Positions 28,627 through 37,106 of a stretch of DNA of 37,199 nucleotides are shown here, piece by piece. Within the stretch, counting starts at the first letter, position 1, and each line of letters begins with the position of its first letter. Made by a program: the position numbers and the translations under genes. Source of the DNA: a bacterium (GTDB lineage Bacteria > Patescibacteriota > Minisyncoccia > Phycocordibacterales > UBA5272); NCBI GenBank assembly GCA_043771335.1, contig JAYVHM010000015.1, forward strand, positions 1 to 37,199, written 5' to 3'. The notes below the pieces were generated by a model. That model worked only from the letters and a program-made list of their open reading frames with translations. It was not told the origin of the DNA and made no database searches.

Positions 28627-30039
28627 ATGAATAAAGACAACAATCAAATGGATAAAATAGTCAGTCTGTGTAAACGTCGTGGATTTATATTTCAAGGTTC
28701 TGAGATATATGGGGGACTAGCTGGAACTTTTGACTATGGTCCTTATGGTGTAACCCTGAAGAGGAATATTGAGAATCTCTGGTGGAAAACTTTTGTAAAT
28801 GACAGAGATGATATGTTGGGATTAGACGCGGCACAAATAAGTTCACAAAAAATATGGGAAGCGAGTGGACACTTAGCTGGATTTAAAGATCCATCTGTGA
28901 CAGATATTAAGACGAGAAAAAGTTACAGAGCAGATCATATAATAGAAGATGCTGGCTTCGTCGCTATTGGCTTAACTGCAGAAGAGATGAGTATTTTAAT
29001 TAAAGAAAAAAAAATTAAAAGTCCAGACGGTAATGATTTTGAAGATGTGGAGTTTTTTAATCAAATGTTTCCTCTTAATATGGGAGCATCAAAAGACTCG
29101 GCTGACGTCGCCTATCTGCGCGGAGAATTAGCACAGGGTATGTTCACTAATTTTAAAAACATAATGGACAGCATACACCCAAAACTACCTTTTGGTATAG
29201 CTCAGTCAGGTAAAGCATTTAGAAATGAAATAGTTGCTAAGAATTATATTTTTAGAACCAGAGAATTTGATTTAATGGAATTTGAATACTTTTTTGATTC
29301 TGAAAAACAAGACTGGAAAAATGTTTTTGAATATTGGAGAGAAGAGATGTATAGATGGATTGAATTAGTGGGTATTGATAAAAAACTTTGCCATGAGATA
29401 GAAAAGCTTGGGCCAGACCTCGCTCATTATTCAAAGAGGACAATAGACATAGAGTTTGATTTTCCTTTCGGACAAAAAGAATTATATGGATTGGCATATA
29501 GGACTGATTATGATTTAAATAAACATCAAGAAGCGAGTGGACTTTCACATGAGCACTTAGACGAAGAGACTAAAAGAAAGTTTTTACCTCACGTTATGGA
29601 GCCAACATTTGGTATTAACAGAACATTATTAGCTGTATTATCTACTGCTTATGCAGAAGAAGATGTAAGTGAAGGAAAAGATGGTTCAGATATTCGTACT
29701 GTCTTAAAATTGAAAAATAACATAGCCCCAGTAAAAGTATGCGTATCGCCACTACTTAAAAATAAAGAAATATTAGTAATAAAAGCTGAAGAAGTATATA
29801 AAAATCTAAAAAAAGAATTTACAAAATTAAATCTCGGAGCTGTAGTTTATGATGATGGAGGTAACATAGGTAAGAGATATAGAAAACAAGATGAAATAGG
29901 AACACCATACTGTGTAGTCATTGATTTTGAGACTACTGAAAGCGATGGCTGCGTTAGTGTGCGTGACCGTGATACTATGCAGCAAGTTAGAATAAAATTA
30001 GAAGACGTGAATGAGTATTTTGTTAATAAGTTTAACTAG
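28627..30039 (+). CDS. glyQS: Glycyl-tRNA synthetase, alpha2 (homodimeric) type
   Basis: LCKRRGF, DYGPYG, GKAFRNEI, FRTREF, IGKRYRKQDEIGTP. Confidence 0.95.
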   Translation: MNKDNNQMDKIVSLCKRRGFIFQGSEIYGGLAGTFDYGPYGVTLKRNIENLWWKTFVNDRDDMLGLDAAQISSQKIWEASGHLAGFKDPSVTDIKTRKSYRADHIIEDAGFVAIGLTAEEMSILIKEKKIKSPDGNDFEDVEFFNQMFPLNMGASKDSADVAYLRGELAQGMFTNFKNIMDSIHPKLPFGIAQSGKAFRNEIVAKNYIFRTREFDLMEFEYFFDSEKQDWKNVFEYWREEMYRWIELVGIDKKLCHEIEKLGPDLAHYSKRTIDIEFDFPFGQKELYGLAYRTDYDLNKHQEASGLSHEHLDEETKRKFLPHVMEPTFGINRTLLAVLSTAYAEEDVSEGKDGSDIRTVLKLKNNIAPVKVCVSPLLKNKEILVIKAEEVYKNLKKEFTKLNLGAVVYDDGGNIGKRYRKQDEIGTPYCVVIDFETTESDGCVSVRDRDTMQQVRIKLEDVNEYFVNKFN

Positions 30040-30048
30040 TTCTAATAC

Positions 30049-31074
30049 ATGAAAATCGAAAATAATAATATAGGCTATAAGTCGGTGCTGTATGCGCTTG
30101 CTGGTAATTTTATAATTACTATTAGTAAGTTTATTGGTTTTGCTTTTACCGGCTCGGCAGCTCTTTTTGCCGAAGGTGTACACTCTTTTGCAGACACTGC
30201 TAATCAGTTCTTACTTTTCGTAGGTATAAAAAGATCAAAGAGAAAAGCGAGCGAAAGGTATAGATTTGGATTTGGACAAGAGAGATTCTTCTGGGCATTG
30301 ATTTCTGCTTGTGGTATATTTTTTGTGGGAGCTGGAGTAACTATTTATCATGGCATAAATGCTTTAATAAGTAAGGAAGTCTCTCACTTTTCTATATATG
30401 TAATATATTTACTTGTTATTGCGATATTAATAGAAGCATTTACTTTAAAGACAGCTTTGAGTGAATTGAATTTTTCTAAAAATAAAAATAAAAATAAAAA
30501 GAAGAGCTTAATAAAAATAATACAAGACGGTGATCCGACAACAGTCGCTGTGGTGTTAGAGGATAGTGTGGCTGTGCTTGGAAGCTCTGTCGCGCTCGTA
30601 GCTATATATCTTACACACATAACTCAAAATTATATATATGAGGCCTTAGCTTCGATTTTTATAGGAATGTTACTTGCTATTGTTTCTTTTGTTTTGATTT
30701 TTAAAAATTATGAATACTTGATAGGAAAGTCATTAAGCGAAGATATTTTAGAAAAAATAAAAGATAAACTAAACAAAGATCCAGCCGTAGAAAAAGTAAT
30801 AGACATTATGAGTAGTGCTGTGGATGTCGACAAGTATCACGTGGTCTGTGAAGTAGAGATTAATGGGGCAGCGCTAATAAGGAGAAGTATAGAAAATGGA
30901 GAATTACGTGATGATTTTGAAGATATAGAAAATAAATACAGTGATTTTGTAAAGTTCAGTCTAGACATGGCAGACAGAGTGCCGAGACTTATTGGGGCTC
31001 ATATAGATAAACTGGGAAAAGAAATACATGATGAATTCGAAGAGGTGGCTCAGGTAGACATAGAGATAAGGTAG
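30049..31074 (+). CDS. Cation diffusion facilitator (CDF) transporter
   Basis: GSAALFAEGVHSFADTANQ, FGFGQERFFW, VLEDS. Confidence 0.9.
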   Translation: MKIENNNIGYKSVLYALAGNFIITISKFIGFAFTGSAALFAEGVHSFADTANQFLLFVGIKRSKRKASERYRFGFGQERFFWALISACGIFFVGAGVTIYHGINALISKEVSHFSIYVIYLLVIAILIEAFTLKTALSELNFSKNKNKNKKKSLIKIIQDGDPTTVAVVLEDSVAVLGSSVALVAIYLTHITQNYIYEALASIFIGMLLAIVSFVLIFKNYEYLIGKSLSEDILEKIKDKLNKDPAVEKVIDIMSSAVDVDKYHVVCEVEINGAALIRRSIENGELRDDFEDIENKYSDFVKFSLDMADRVPRLIGAHIDKLGKEIHDEFEEVAQVDIEIR

Positions 31075-31126
31075 AGAGTTTGATTATTTTTAAAAAATAT
31101 AGTATAATACATGGAACAATAAATAT

Positions 31127-31282
31127 ATGTCACAAGATAGATTAATCAAAATAGTAAATAAAGCAACAGGTACAACTGTTTATACTACTAAAAATAAAAA
31201 ACAAGTAACTAGAAAAATAGAGCTTAAAAAATACGACAAAAAAACCAGAACAAGAGTTGTATTCAAAGAGTCTAAGAAATAA
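31127..31282 (+). CDS. rpmG: 50S ribosomal protein L33, Cys-free form (absent from ORF track)
   Basis: MSQDRLIKIVNKATGTTVYTTKNKKQVTRKIELKKYDKKTRTRVVFKESKK. Confidence 0.92.
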   Translation: MSQDRLIKIVNKATGTTVYTTKNKKQVTRKIELKKYDKKTRTRVVFKESKK

Positions 31283-31296
31283 TCAATTATTTCAAA

Positions 31297-31327
31297 TAAA
31301 AGCCGGTCGCTTCGCGACCGGCTTTTA
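31297..31327 (+). terminator. Intrinsic terminator
   Basis: TAAAAGCCGGTCGC-ttc-GCGACCGGCTTTTA. Confidence 0.88.
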
Positions 31328-31329
31328 AC

Positions 31330-31388
31330 TTGTATCTATTTACAAAAAATGCTAGTATAACCTTGGATTTAATTAACTATTTTAGGAG
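31330..31388 (+). promoter_or_regulatory. Sigma70 promoter and SD of accessory gene
   Basis: TTGTAT 31330-31335, 17 bp, TGcTAGTAT 31353-31358; AGGAG 31384-31388. Confidence 0.6.
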
Positions 31389-31394
31389 TTTTAA

Positions 31395-32111
31395 ATGAAA
31401 CAAGTTGCCACTAATCTTCTTTCCGAAGAATCTGCACATAAAAATATACAAGACCTAAACGAAGAAGCGAGGGTTATATTAACAGAAAATAAACGCATCC
31501 CTTATACTTTAAAGTTTAAATTTGCTTTATCAAAAGATAATCGTGACATAATTTTAGAGCCTATAGATGCTGTTATTATTAATTCAGTACATGATGAAGA
31601 TCTTCAAAAACTTTATACTTCACAACATATTTTTTTTGAGGGCAGGCCAGCAACAGCCAGAGCCAGAGAATGTTTTTCAAGTAAGATGAAGAAAAGTATT
31701 AGTTTTTCTCATATGTTTGATTTGTTGGGAGATTCTTATGATGCTAAGAAGTCGCTTAAGATGCAGATAGTGGATGAGCTTAATAAAAAATTTGCTAACA
31801 AATTATCTTTTCAGCTCAAAGCCGAAGTGGATAATTATGGCAGTCGTGACTTTATGGATTTATTTTTTGGAAGAGAACACTTTCCTCTGAAGGTTGTTTC
31901 TAAAAGTGAGTCAAAATTCATCACTGCTCCTCACTTAGTCAATGCCAGCTCAATATTCTTTTTCTATTCAGATGTGAATAGAAACAAGCTTAATCAAATA
32001 TACAAAAAGATTAAAGCTTTAAAAGAGTATTTAGTTTTAATTGAAGAAAAGACAAAAGTTGAAAACTTATTAAATGCAAAGGTAACAGAAGTAAGAGCCA
32101 TCAAAATATAA
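31395..32111 (+). CDS. Hypothetical protein
   Basis: 238-aa ORF with SD, promoter and terminator; no recognised motif; coiled-coil-like C-terminus. Confidence 0.75.
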   Translation: MKQVATNLLSEESAHKNIQDLNEEARVILTENKRIPYTLKFKFALSKDNRDIILEPIDAVIINSVHDEDLQKLYTSQHIFFEGRPATARARECFSSKMKKSISFSHMFDLLGDSYDAKKSLKMQIVDELNKKFANKLSFQLKAEVDNYGSRDFMDLFFGREHFPLKVVSKSESKFITAPHLVNASSIFFFYSDVNRNKLNQIYKKIKALKEYLVLIEEKTKVENLLNAKVTEVRAIKI

Positions 32112-32136
32112 CACTTAATATTATTAATAATTAAGT

Positions 32137-32168
32137 AAAGCCAGCAAATATCGCTGGCTTTTATTTTT
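32137..32168 (+). terminator. Intrinsic terminator
   Basis: AAAGCCAGC-aaatatc-GCTGGCTTT followed by T-tract. Confidence 0.85.
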
Positions 32169-32229
32169 GCATACATTTTTGTATTTCATTTAATTATTTA
32201 ATTATTTTGTGCTATAATAACTCTCATTA

Positions 32230-32300
32230 GGGCCTATAGTATAGTGGTAGTACAACAGTCTCCAAAACTGTTGGTCGAGGTTCGATTCCTCGTGGGCCCG
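32230..32300 (+). tRNA. tRNA-Trp (CCA); 3' CCA not encoded
   Basis: Acceptor GGGCCTA/TGGGCCC, anticodon arm ACAGT-CTCCAAA-ACTGT, T arm CGAGG-TTCGATT-CCTCG. Confidence 0.95.
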
Positions 32301-32316
32301 CTAAAAAACAAAACCA

Positions 32317-32367
32317 TTGGTCGAGGTTCGCCTACAGATATTTGTCGTGGGCCCGCTAAAAAACAAA
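32317..32367 (+). repeat. Degenerate direct repeat of the tRNA-Trp 3' half (copy of 32271-32312)
   Basis: TTGGTCGAGGTTCG and TCGTGGGCCCGCTAAAAAACAAA are identical; ATTCC is replaced by CCTACAGATATTTG. Confidence 0.9.
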
Positions 32368-32433
32368 TATAAAAAGAAAACTCAGCATATATTTGCATTT
32401 TATTTAAAAATATAGTATAATACTACGACTTGC

Positions 32434-32547
32434 ATGAAAGTAAGATCATCTATTAAAAAAATATGTTCAGATTGTCAGATGGTGCGTCGCCGTGGCGCGC
32501 TCCGTGTGATATGTAAGAACCCAAAGTGTAAGCAAGTTCAAGGCTAA
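32434..32547 (+). CDS. rpmJ: 50S ribosomal protein L36 (absent from ORF track)
   Basis: [37 protein letters not shown]. Confidence 0.95.
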   Translation: MKVRSSIKKICSDCQMVRRRGALRVICKNPKCKQVQG

Positions 32548-32615
32548 CAAGCCAAAGAGCGTGTCCGTTTTTTAAAAACAACACAAAACTTTAACTATTA
32601 ATTATTAACAAAAAT

Positions 32616-32996
32616 ATGCGTATAGCAGGTATAACATTGCCAGAAAATAAGAGAATGGAGATAGCGCTCACTGCCGTTTACGGTATTGGACGTCCTACAG
32701 CAAAAACAATACTAACGAAAGCTGGTATTGATTTTGGAACAAAATCTCCAGATCTAACAGAAGAAAACGAAGCATCTATACGTTCTCAGATCGAACTCAT
32801 GAAAATTGAAGGAGATTTATCGCGTGATGTCGATCAAAACATAAAAAGATTGAAAGACATAAAATGCTACGTAGGTGTTAGACACATGAGACACTTACCA
32901 GTAAGAGGTCAAAGAACCAAAACAAATAGCCGTACAGTACGTGGAAACGTAAGACGCACTATGGGTAGCGGTAGACGTAAAACTGAAAAGACCTAG
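32616..32996 (+). CDS. rpsM: 30S ribosomal protein S13
   Basis: MRIAG, ALTAVYGIG, LPVRGQRTKTNSRT. Confidence 0.97.
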   Translation: MRIAGITLPENKRMEIALTAVYGIGRPTAKTILTKAGIDFGTKSPDLTEENEASIRSQIELMKIEGDLSRDVDQNIKRLKDIKCYVGVRHMRHLPVRGQRTKTNSRTVRGNVRRTMGSGRRKTEKT

Positions 32997-33039
32997 GATT
33001 TAAAAATAATCACAGTGATTCAAAAGACTAAATAAAATT

Positions 33040-33474
33040 ATGGGAAAAAGAAAAGTAACAAAAAGAAATACATCAGGAGTAGACTCGTCACTAAAGGCTA
33101 GATCTCTTTCAAAGGGACTTAGAAAGAAAGTAAGCGAGGGTATATTATACGTAGAATCTACATATAACAACTCAAGAGTAACATTAACTGATAAGTTAGG
33201 TAATGTTTTAACTTGGTCTACTTCAGGAGCTCTTGGATTTAAAGGTGCTAAAAAAGGAACACCTTTTGCAGCAGGAAAAATCGGAGAGTTAGTAGGAGAG
33301 AAGGCTGCACAAGCTGGAATCAAAGAAGTTTCGGTAATAGTTAAAGGACCAGGATCAGGAAGAGAATCTGCAATCAGAAGTTTCGCAGGTTTTAACATCG
33401 ATATTACGTCAATAGAAGATCAAACACCAGTGCCACACAACGGTCCAAAGGCTAAAAAACCTAGACACATTTAA
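33040..33474 (+). CDS. rpsK: 30S ribosomal protein S11
   Basis: GFKGAKKGTPFAA, KGPGSGRESAIR, TPVPHNG. Confidence 0.97.
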   Translation: MGKRKVTKRNTSGVDSSLKARSLSKGLRKKVSEGILYVESTYNNSRVTLTDKLGNVLTWSTSGALGFKGAKKGTPFAAGKIGELVGEKAAQAGIKEVSVIVKGPGSGRESAIRSFAGFNIDITSIEDQTPVPHNGPKAKKPRHI

Positions 33475-33497
33475 TTATTAATTTATAAAAATCATAT

Positions 33498-34112
33498 ATG
33501 AGTAGAGTAACTTGCAAAAAATGTAGAAGATTAGGAGAGTCAATATGCGGCAGAGAAAAATGCGCCTTTAAAAAGCGTCCATATGCTCCAGGTATTTTAG
33601 ATTCACAAAGAAAACACAGAACAAATCAGTCTGAGTATGGTATGCAGCTAAAAGAAAAACAGAAAATGAGACATGCTTATGGCGTATCAGAAAAACAATT
33701 TTCTAATTATGTAGCTAATCTAAAAAGTGTTTCAGAGAAATTAAAAATCTCTCCAAAAGAAGCGCTAGTAATGGCTCTCGAGTCACGTCTTGATAACGTA
33801 GTTTACAAGATGGGTCTATCTACATCACGTGCTGGTGCTAGACAAATAACTTCTCATGCCCACATTACAGTGAATGGTAAAAACTTAAATGTTGCCTCTG
33901 CTGTTATGTCTATTGGAGACGTTATTGCTGTTCGTGAGAATAGTAAATCTAGAAAAACTTTTACTAGTATCGCTGAAAACTTAAAAGCTTACAAAGCTCC
34001 AAAGTTCTTAGAATTAGATACAGAGAAAATGACAGCCAAAGTCGTATCTGCTCCTATTGAAACAGAATATTCATTTGATATTGATAAGGTTCTTGAGTAT
34101 TACTCAAGATAG
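33498..34112 (+). CDS. rpsD: 30S ribosomal protein S4
   Basis: CKKCRRLG, SEYGMQLKEKQK, LESRLDNVVY, ARQ. Confidence 0.96.
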   Translation: MSRVTCKKCRRLGESICGREKCAFKKRPYAPGILDSQRKHRTNQSEYGMQLKEKQKMRHAYGVSEKQFSNYVANLKSVSEKLKISPKEALVMALESRLDNVVYKMGLSTSRAGARQITSHAHITVNGKNLNVASAVMSIGDVIAVRENSKSRKTFTSIAENLKAYKAPKFLELDTEKMTAKVVSAPIETEYSFDIDKVLEYYSR

Positions 34113-34226
34113 TCCTAATTTGTTTTCATTTATCCACTATTTTTACATTTATTTCTACAATTACTATTGTAAAAATAAGAAAAATATAGTATTATTATAA
34201 AGCTTAATATAAAAAAATATATCCTT

Positions 34227-35192
34227 ATGTCATATAACATCGTATTACCATCAAAACCTAAAATTATAAAAGAAGAGCAAACTAGCGGAATCTTTGAAAT
34301 AGATGGATTATATCCAGGCTATGGTCACACACTTGGTAATTCACTAAGACGTGTTATATTATCTTCTATTCCTGGAGTTGCTGTAACTTCTATAGCTATA
34401 GACGGTGTAAAGCACGAGTTTTCAACTCTTGATGGTGTAAAAGAAGATGTTATATCTATAATTCTTAATCTTAAAAAAGTTAAGTTTTTAATGCATGACA
34501 ATGAGCCTCTTTCTCTTAGTATTAAGACAAAAGGTTCAAAAGTTGTAACTTCAGCTGATATTATCTGTCCTTCTCAAGCAGAAGTTGTTAACAAAGACCA
34601 ATACTTATTTGAAATCACTACTAACAAAGAAGTTAGTATCGAGTTCACTATCGAGCAGGGTCTAGGTTACATACCTCGTGAGATGATAGCTAAAAACAAA
34701 GCTGAGATAGGTAATATTATTTTAGATGCATCATTCACTCCTATCAGACGCGTATCATACGAAGTAGAGAATATGCGTGTAGGAGACAGAACTGACTATA
34801 ACAAATTACGCCTTAACATCGAGACTGATGGGTCAGTGTCAGCAAAAGATGCTTTTGAATCATCTATCAAAACGATGATTAATCAATTACAATCAATTGT
34901 CGGTTTTAGAGAGTTCTCAGTAGTAGAAGAAGCTGTAGAAGATATCAAAAACACAACAGGAGAAGTAGAAGAATTAGTTTTAGAAGACGTTACAGACATA
35001 ACAAAAATGAGCGTAGAAGAATTAGGTCTTTCTACAAGAACAGTCAATACTCTTATCTCTGGATCAGTTAAAACAGTTGGCGGACTAACAAGAAAATCAG
35101 CAGAAGCTTTAAATGAATTAGACGGTATGGGTGACAAAGGTATCACAGAGATAGTAGATGCACTTGCAAAATTAGGGCTAAGCTTAAAATAA
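34227..35192 (+). CDS. rpoA: RNA polymerase alpha subunit
   Basis: GYGHTLGNSLRRVILSS, HEFSTLDGVKEDV, ENMRVGDRTDY. Confidence 0.97.
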   Translation: MSYNIVLPSKPKIIKEEQTSGIFEIDGLYPGYGHTLGNSLRRVILSSIPGVAVTSIAIDGVKHEFSTLDGVKEDVISIILNLKKVKFLMHDNEPLSLSIKTKGSKVVTSADIICPSQAEVVNKDQYLFEITTNKEVSIEFTIEQGLGYIPREMIAKNKAEIGNIILDASFTPIRRVSYEVENMRVGDRTDYNKLRLNIETDGSVSAKDAFESSIKTMINQLQSIVGFREFSVVEEAVEDIKNTTGEVEELVLEDVTDITKMSVEELGLSTRTVNTLISGSVKTVGGLTRKSAEALNELDGMGDKGITEIVDALAKLGLSLK

Positions 35193-35201
35193 AAGCAGCT
35201 C

Positions 35202-35230
35202 TTGAAAATTTGTTAGTTTTGTGTTAAAAT
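35202..35230 (+). promoter_or_regulatory. Putative internal promoter for rplQ-rplM-rpsI
   Basis: TTGAAA 35202-35207, 17 bp, TGtTAAAAT (-10 at 35225-35230). Confidence 0.55.
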
Positions 35231-35288
35231 ATACAAAACACGAAAAACAATAAATTATTAACACACGATTAACAAAAAAAGAAAAAGT

Positions 35289-35642
35289 ATGAAGCATCAT
35301 AATTCAGTAAGAAAATTTGGGAGAAAAAAGAATGCAAGAAATGCATTTATTAAAGGACTAGTAAGTGCTTTATTACTTAATGGTAAAATAGAAACTACTC
35401 TCGCGAGAGCAAAAGAAATACGTCCATACGTAGAGAGATTAGTAACATATGCAAAAGATAATACTTTAGCATCAAGAAGATTAGCATTAGCAAAGCTTTA
35501 CAATCACGAAATAGAAGTAACAAAGCTTTTTAATGACTATGGACCAAAATACAAAGAGGTACAAGGTGGTTACACCAGAATCCTTAAAAAGGGACAAAGA
35601 TTATCAGATGCTTCAGAAATGGCAATCATAGAATTTGTATAA
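35289..35642 (+). CDS. rplQ: 50S ribosomal protein L17
   Basis: IETTLARAKE, GGYTRILK, MAIIEFV. Confidence 0.96.
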   Translation: MKHHNSVRKFGRKKNARNAFIKGLVSALLLNGKIETTLARAKEIRPYVERLVTYAKDNTLASRRLALAKLYNHEIEVTKLFNDYGPKYKEVQGGYTRILKKGQRLSDASEMAIIEFV

Positions 35643-35664
35643 TAAATAATTTTAAAATAAATAT

Positions 35665-36024
35665 ATGCAAAAAGAAACAAAAATAGTAACAATAGACGGA
35701 GCAGGAGTATCACTAGGCCGCATCGCCTCACAGATAGCAGTATTACTTAACGGTAAGACTACTATTGATTTTGTAAAAAATAGAGTAGCTGACGTAAAAG
35801 TAAAATTAATCAATGCTGGTCAAATAAAAGTAACAGGATCTAAAATGTCTGACAGTGTACACAAAAACTATTCTGGTTACCCAGGTGGATTAAAACAAAC
35901 TCCTTTAAAAAGAGTTGTAGAAAAGCATGGTTTTGCTGAGCTAGTAAGACACGCTGTTAGTGGTATGCTCCCAAAAAATAAATTACAAGACAAAAGATTA
36001 ATGAATTTAGAAATTACAGAATAG
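35665..36024 (+). CDS. rplM: 50S ribosomal protein L13 (short form)
   Basis: LGRIAS, SGYPGGLK, AVSGMLPKN. Confidence 0.94.
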   Translation: MQKETKIVTIDGAGVSLGRIASQIAVLLNGKTTIDFVKNRVADVKVKLINAGQIKVTGSKMSDSVHKNYSGYPGGLKQTPLKRVVEKHGFAELVRHAVSGMLPKNKLQDKRLMNLEITE

Positions 36025-36055
36025 TAAGCTAAATTAATTTATAATAATAAAAAAT

Positions 36056-36454
36056 ATGTCAACAGTAAAATATATAGAAGGAATAGGTAGAAGAAAAACA
36101 TCAACAGCTCGTGTACGTCTTACAGAGTCTGCAAAAGTATCTTTTACTATTAACGATAAAGATCTAGAAGGATACTTCCCAACACGTGAGATGCAGGTAA
36201 TAGTAAGAGAGGCTCTTCCAAAATCAGGACTAGCAGGAACATACTCAGTATCAGCACACGTTAACGGTGGAGGTATACACTCACAAGCAGAAGCAGTTCG
36301 TCACGGACTAGCTCGCGCTATAGTTAAGAAGGAGGAGGATCTTCGTTCTACTTTAAAGAAAATTGGATTCCTAAAAAGAGATCCAAGAGCTAAAGAAAGA
36401 AAGAAACCAGGTCTTAAAAAAGCTCGTAAAGCTCCAACTTGGTCAAAACGTTAA
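36056..36454 (+). CDS. rpsI: 30S ribosomal protein S9
   Basis: GRRKTSTARV, GGGIHSQAEA, ERKKPGLKKARKAPTWSKR. Confidence 0.97.
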   Translation: MSTVKYIEGIGRRKTSTARVRLTESAKVSFTINDKDLEGYFPTREMQVIVREALPKSGLAGTYSVSAHVNGGGIHSQAEAVRHGLARAIVKKEEDLRSTLKKIGFLKRDPRAKERKKPGLKKARKAPTWSKR

Positions 36455-36470
36455 TTCTTTTTACAGAAAT

Positions 36471-36511
36471 AATAAAACAAAAACTAGCATACAGCTAGTT
36501 TTTGTTTTATT
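36471..36511 (+). terminator. Intrinsic terminator
   Basis: AATAAAACAAAAACTAGC-ataca-GCTAGTTTTTGTTTTATT. Confidence 0.85.
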
Positions 36512-36536
36512 AAAAATATTATGTTATTATAAAAAT

Positions 36537-37079
36537 ATGAACACAAAAACTATAACCCCCAAAATAATAAGCGCCATTAACCTAGCTACACGCCTCCACC
36601 GTGACCATTTGCGCCGTGATGATGCGAAGACCCCTTATGTCTCGCATCTCTTTGCTGTGGCCATGTTTTTGGCCTCTGTGACTGACGATGAGGACATTAT
36701 CGTGGCGGGGCTGATGCATGACGCTCTCGAGGATGTTGCTGATTATGAGTATGAACATCTGGAGGCTGACTGTGGGAAAAGGGTGGCCGACATAGTCGCC
36801 GGAGTAACCGAGAATAAAATACTTCCTTATAAAGAGAGGAAGATACTTTACTTAGAAAATCTAAAAACAGGTAGCGATGAATCCCTTATAGTGAGCGTGG
36901 CTGATAAGCTACATAATGCCTTGTCGCTGACTGATGTGCATGAGTCACATGGTATGAATGTGGACACACAGAAGAGGATGTACAGTGAGGTGTTAAGTAT
37001 CGCGAGGGAGAGGTTTTTATCTACATCAAAAGAATTTTCTTTGGTCTTAGAATTAGAAAAAGCAATCAGTGCGTTGTAG
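36537..37079 (+). CDS. Stand-alone HD-domain (p)ppGpp hydrolase-like protein (small alarmone hydrolase/Mesh1-like)
   Basis: H...R...PYVSH, AGLMHDALED, VAGVTE, VADKLHNA match the SpoT hydrolase-domain pattern. Confidence 0.82.
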   Translation: MNTKTITPKIISAINLATRLHRDHLRRDDAKTPYVSHLFAVAMFLASVTDDEDIIVAGLMHDALEDVADYEYEHLEADCGKRVADIVAGVTENKILPYKERKILYLENLKTGSDESLIVSVADKLHNALSLTDVHESHGMNVDTQKRMYSEVLSIARERFLSTSKEFSLVLELEKAISAL

Positions 37080-37106
37080 TTTTTGTGGTATAATGGATAG
37101 AATAAA

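Noticed and set aside
30478-30501. (AAAAAT)3 repeat in the CDF gene
   Set aside because: In-frame 6-nt unit encoding a KNKNKN loop; length change would not shift frame.
35197-35208. boxA-like AGCTCTTGAAAA after rpoA
   Set aside because: More simply explained as the -35 (TTGAAA) of an internal promoter with 17-bp spacing.
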